64,000 nucleotides of DNA, taken from NCBI RefSeq assembly GCF_030144855.1, contig NC_082706.1, positions 106,640,001 to 106,704,000 on the forward strand, in the 5' to 3' direction. Below are positions 62,969 through 64,000 of the stretch, piece after piece. Position numbers and translations under genes: made by a program. The notes beneath the pieces are model-generated. The model was not told the DNA's origin, searched no databases, and worked only from the letters and a program-made list of their open reading frames with translations. Source of the stretch: Hypanus sabinus. Lineage: Eukaryota. How positions within the stretch are numbered: position 1 is the first letter of the stretch; each line of letters starts with the position of its first letter.

Positions 62969-64000
62969 GGTGACAATCTCGGGATTGCTACCGTGAGTGC
63001 GAGTGAGGCGAAGAATAGAAAGGTTATTCACATTAATACGAGGCTGAGAGCATGGTGCAGGAAGGAAGAGTTCAGGTTTTTGGATAATTGGTCTTTGTTC
63101 CAGGGACATTGGGATCTGTTTCGAAGGGACGGTCTACATCTGAACCGGAGGGGTACTAACATTCTTGCAGGAGTGTTTGCCAGTGCTGCTCGGGGGGGGT
63201 TTAAACTAGATGTGCAGGGGGCAGGGATCCAGATCCAGAGGGTTGATCAGAAGGAGCATGGGGTTAAATGTGTAGAAGGTTTGGGCGATCTTGAGAACGT
63301 CATCAAAATTCAGGGATCAATTAGCCCGATGGAAGTTCAAGGAGCTGGGTTAGGTACAGTAGACAGTGTTTTAAGCAAAGAGAGGAGGAATGGGCTAAGA
63401 ATTCTATACTTGAATGCATGTATTGTCAGAAATAAGACAGATGAGCTTGAAGCTCAGATGAAAATGGGGAACTACGATATTGTTGGGATAACGGAGACAT
63501 GGCTGCAAGGGGATCAGGCCTGGGAATTGAGTGTACCAGGGTATACGTGCTATCGTAGAGACAGAAATATGGGAAGAGGGGGTGGGGTGGCCCTGTTGGT
63601 GAGGAATGAGATTCAGTCCTTAGCAAGAGGTGACTTGGGAACAGGGGAAGTAGAGTCTGTGTGGATTGAGCTGAGGAACAGTAAGGGTAAAAAGACCCTA
63701 ATGGGTGTTGTGTACAGGCCCCCAAACAGTAGTGTGGATATTGGGTACAAGTTGATTAGGGAGTTAACATTGGCATGTGCTAAAGGTAATATAGTCGTTA
63801 TGGGAGATTTCAACATGCAGGTGAACTGGGAGAATCAGGTAGGTGCTGGACCCCAGGATAGGGAGTTTGTGGAGTGTCTAAGGGATGTATTTTTGGAACA
63901 GCTTGTGCTTGAGCCAACCAGGAACGAGGCTATTTTGGACTTGGTGATGTGTAATGAACAGGAATTGATAAGTGATCTTGAAGTAAAGGAGCCGTTAGGA
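62969..64000 (+). mobile_element. Young CR1 (ORF1 esterase end, open ORF2 endonuclease from ~63329 to the window end), apparently inserted into the BEL element
   Basis: VTISGLL..DGLHLN; ILYLNA..ITETWL..GGGVALLV..YRPP..VMGDFN..LDLVMCN with no stop to 64000. Confidence 0.9.

Noticed and set aside
1-64000. J or C segments, CRISPR arrays, rRNA
   Set aside because: No 12-RSS plus FGxG J motif, C1-set exon or repeat-spacer array was noticed by eye; a short J could have been missed and needs a motif scan

Overview
Vertebrate genomic DNA from a cartilaginous fish (inferred from HE1-type SINEs and HER1/CR1 LINEs; probably a ray). It is mostly decayed retroelements: CR1, L1, Rex1/Babar-like LINEs, SINEs, LTR fragments and a BEL/Pao element. 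Embedded in these are four intact-looking, same-orientation germline T-cell receptor V gene segments of one family (ATG at 10248, 21104, 39653, 52403). Each has a 40-bp leader exon, an 84-bp phase-1 intron, a ~300-bp V exon and a 3' recombination signal with a 23-bp spacer. The IHWYRQ and YYCAYWD motifs, the 23-RSS, the lack of an Ig octamer and the absence of intervening J/C segments best fit a TCR-gamma (TRGV) translocon. The array was built by segmental duplication and recombination. Different parts of the four units support all three possible 4-taxon relationships, a CR1 target-site duplication is split between units, chimeric CR1s mark probable crossover points, and a junction at 25465 looks like the scar of a deleted fifth V. 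V2 is strongly diverged in the FR3/HV4 loop and has a +1 insertion changing CAYWD to CAYLG. V3 and V4 carry a heptamer change that creates two overlapping RSS registers. All comparisons are hand alignments; TE boundaries are approximate (tens of bp) unless a TSD is quoted.
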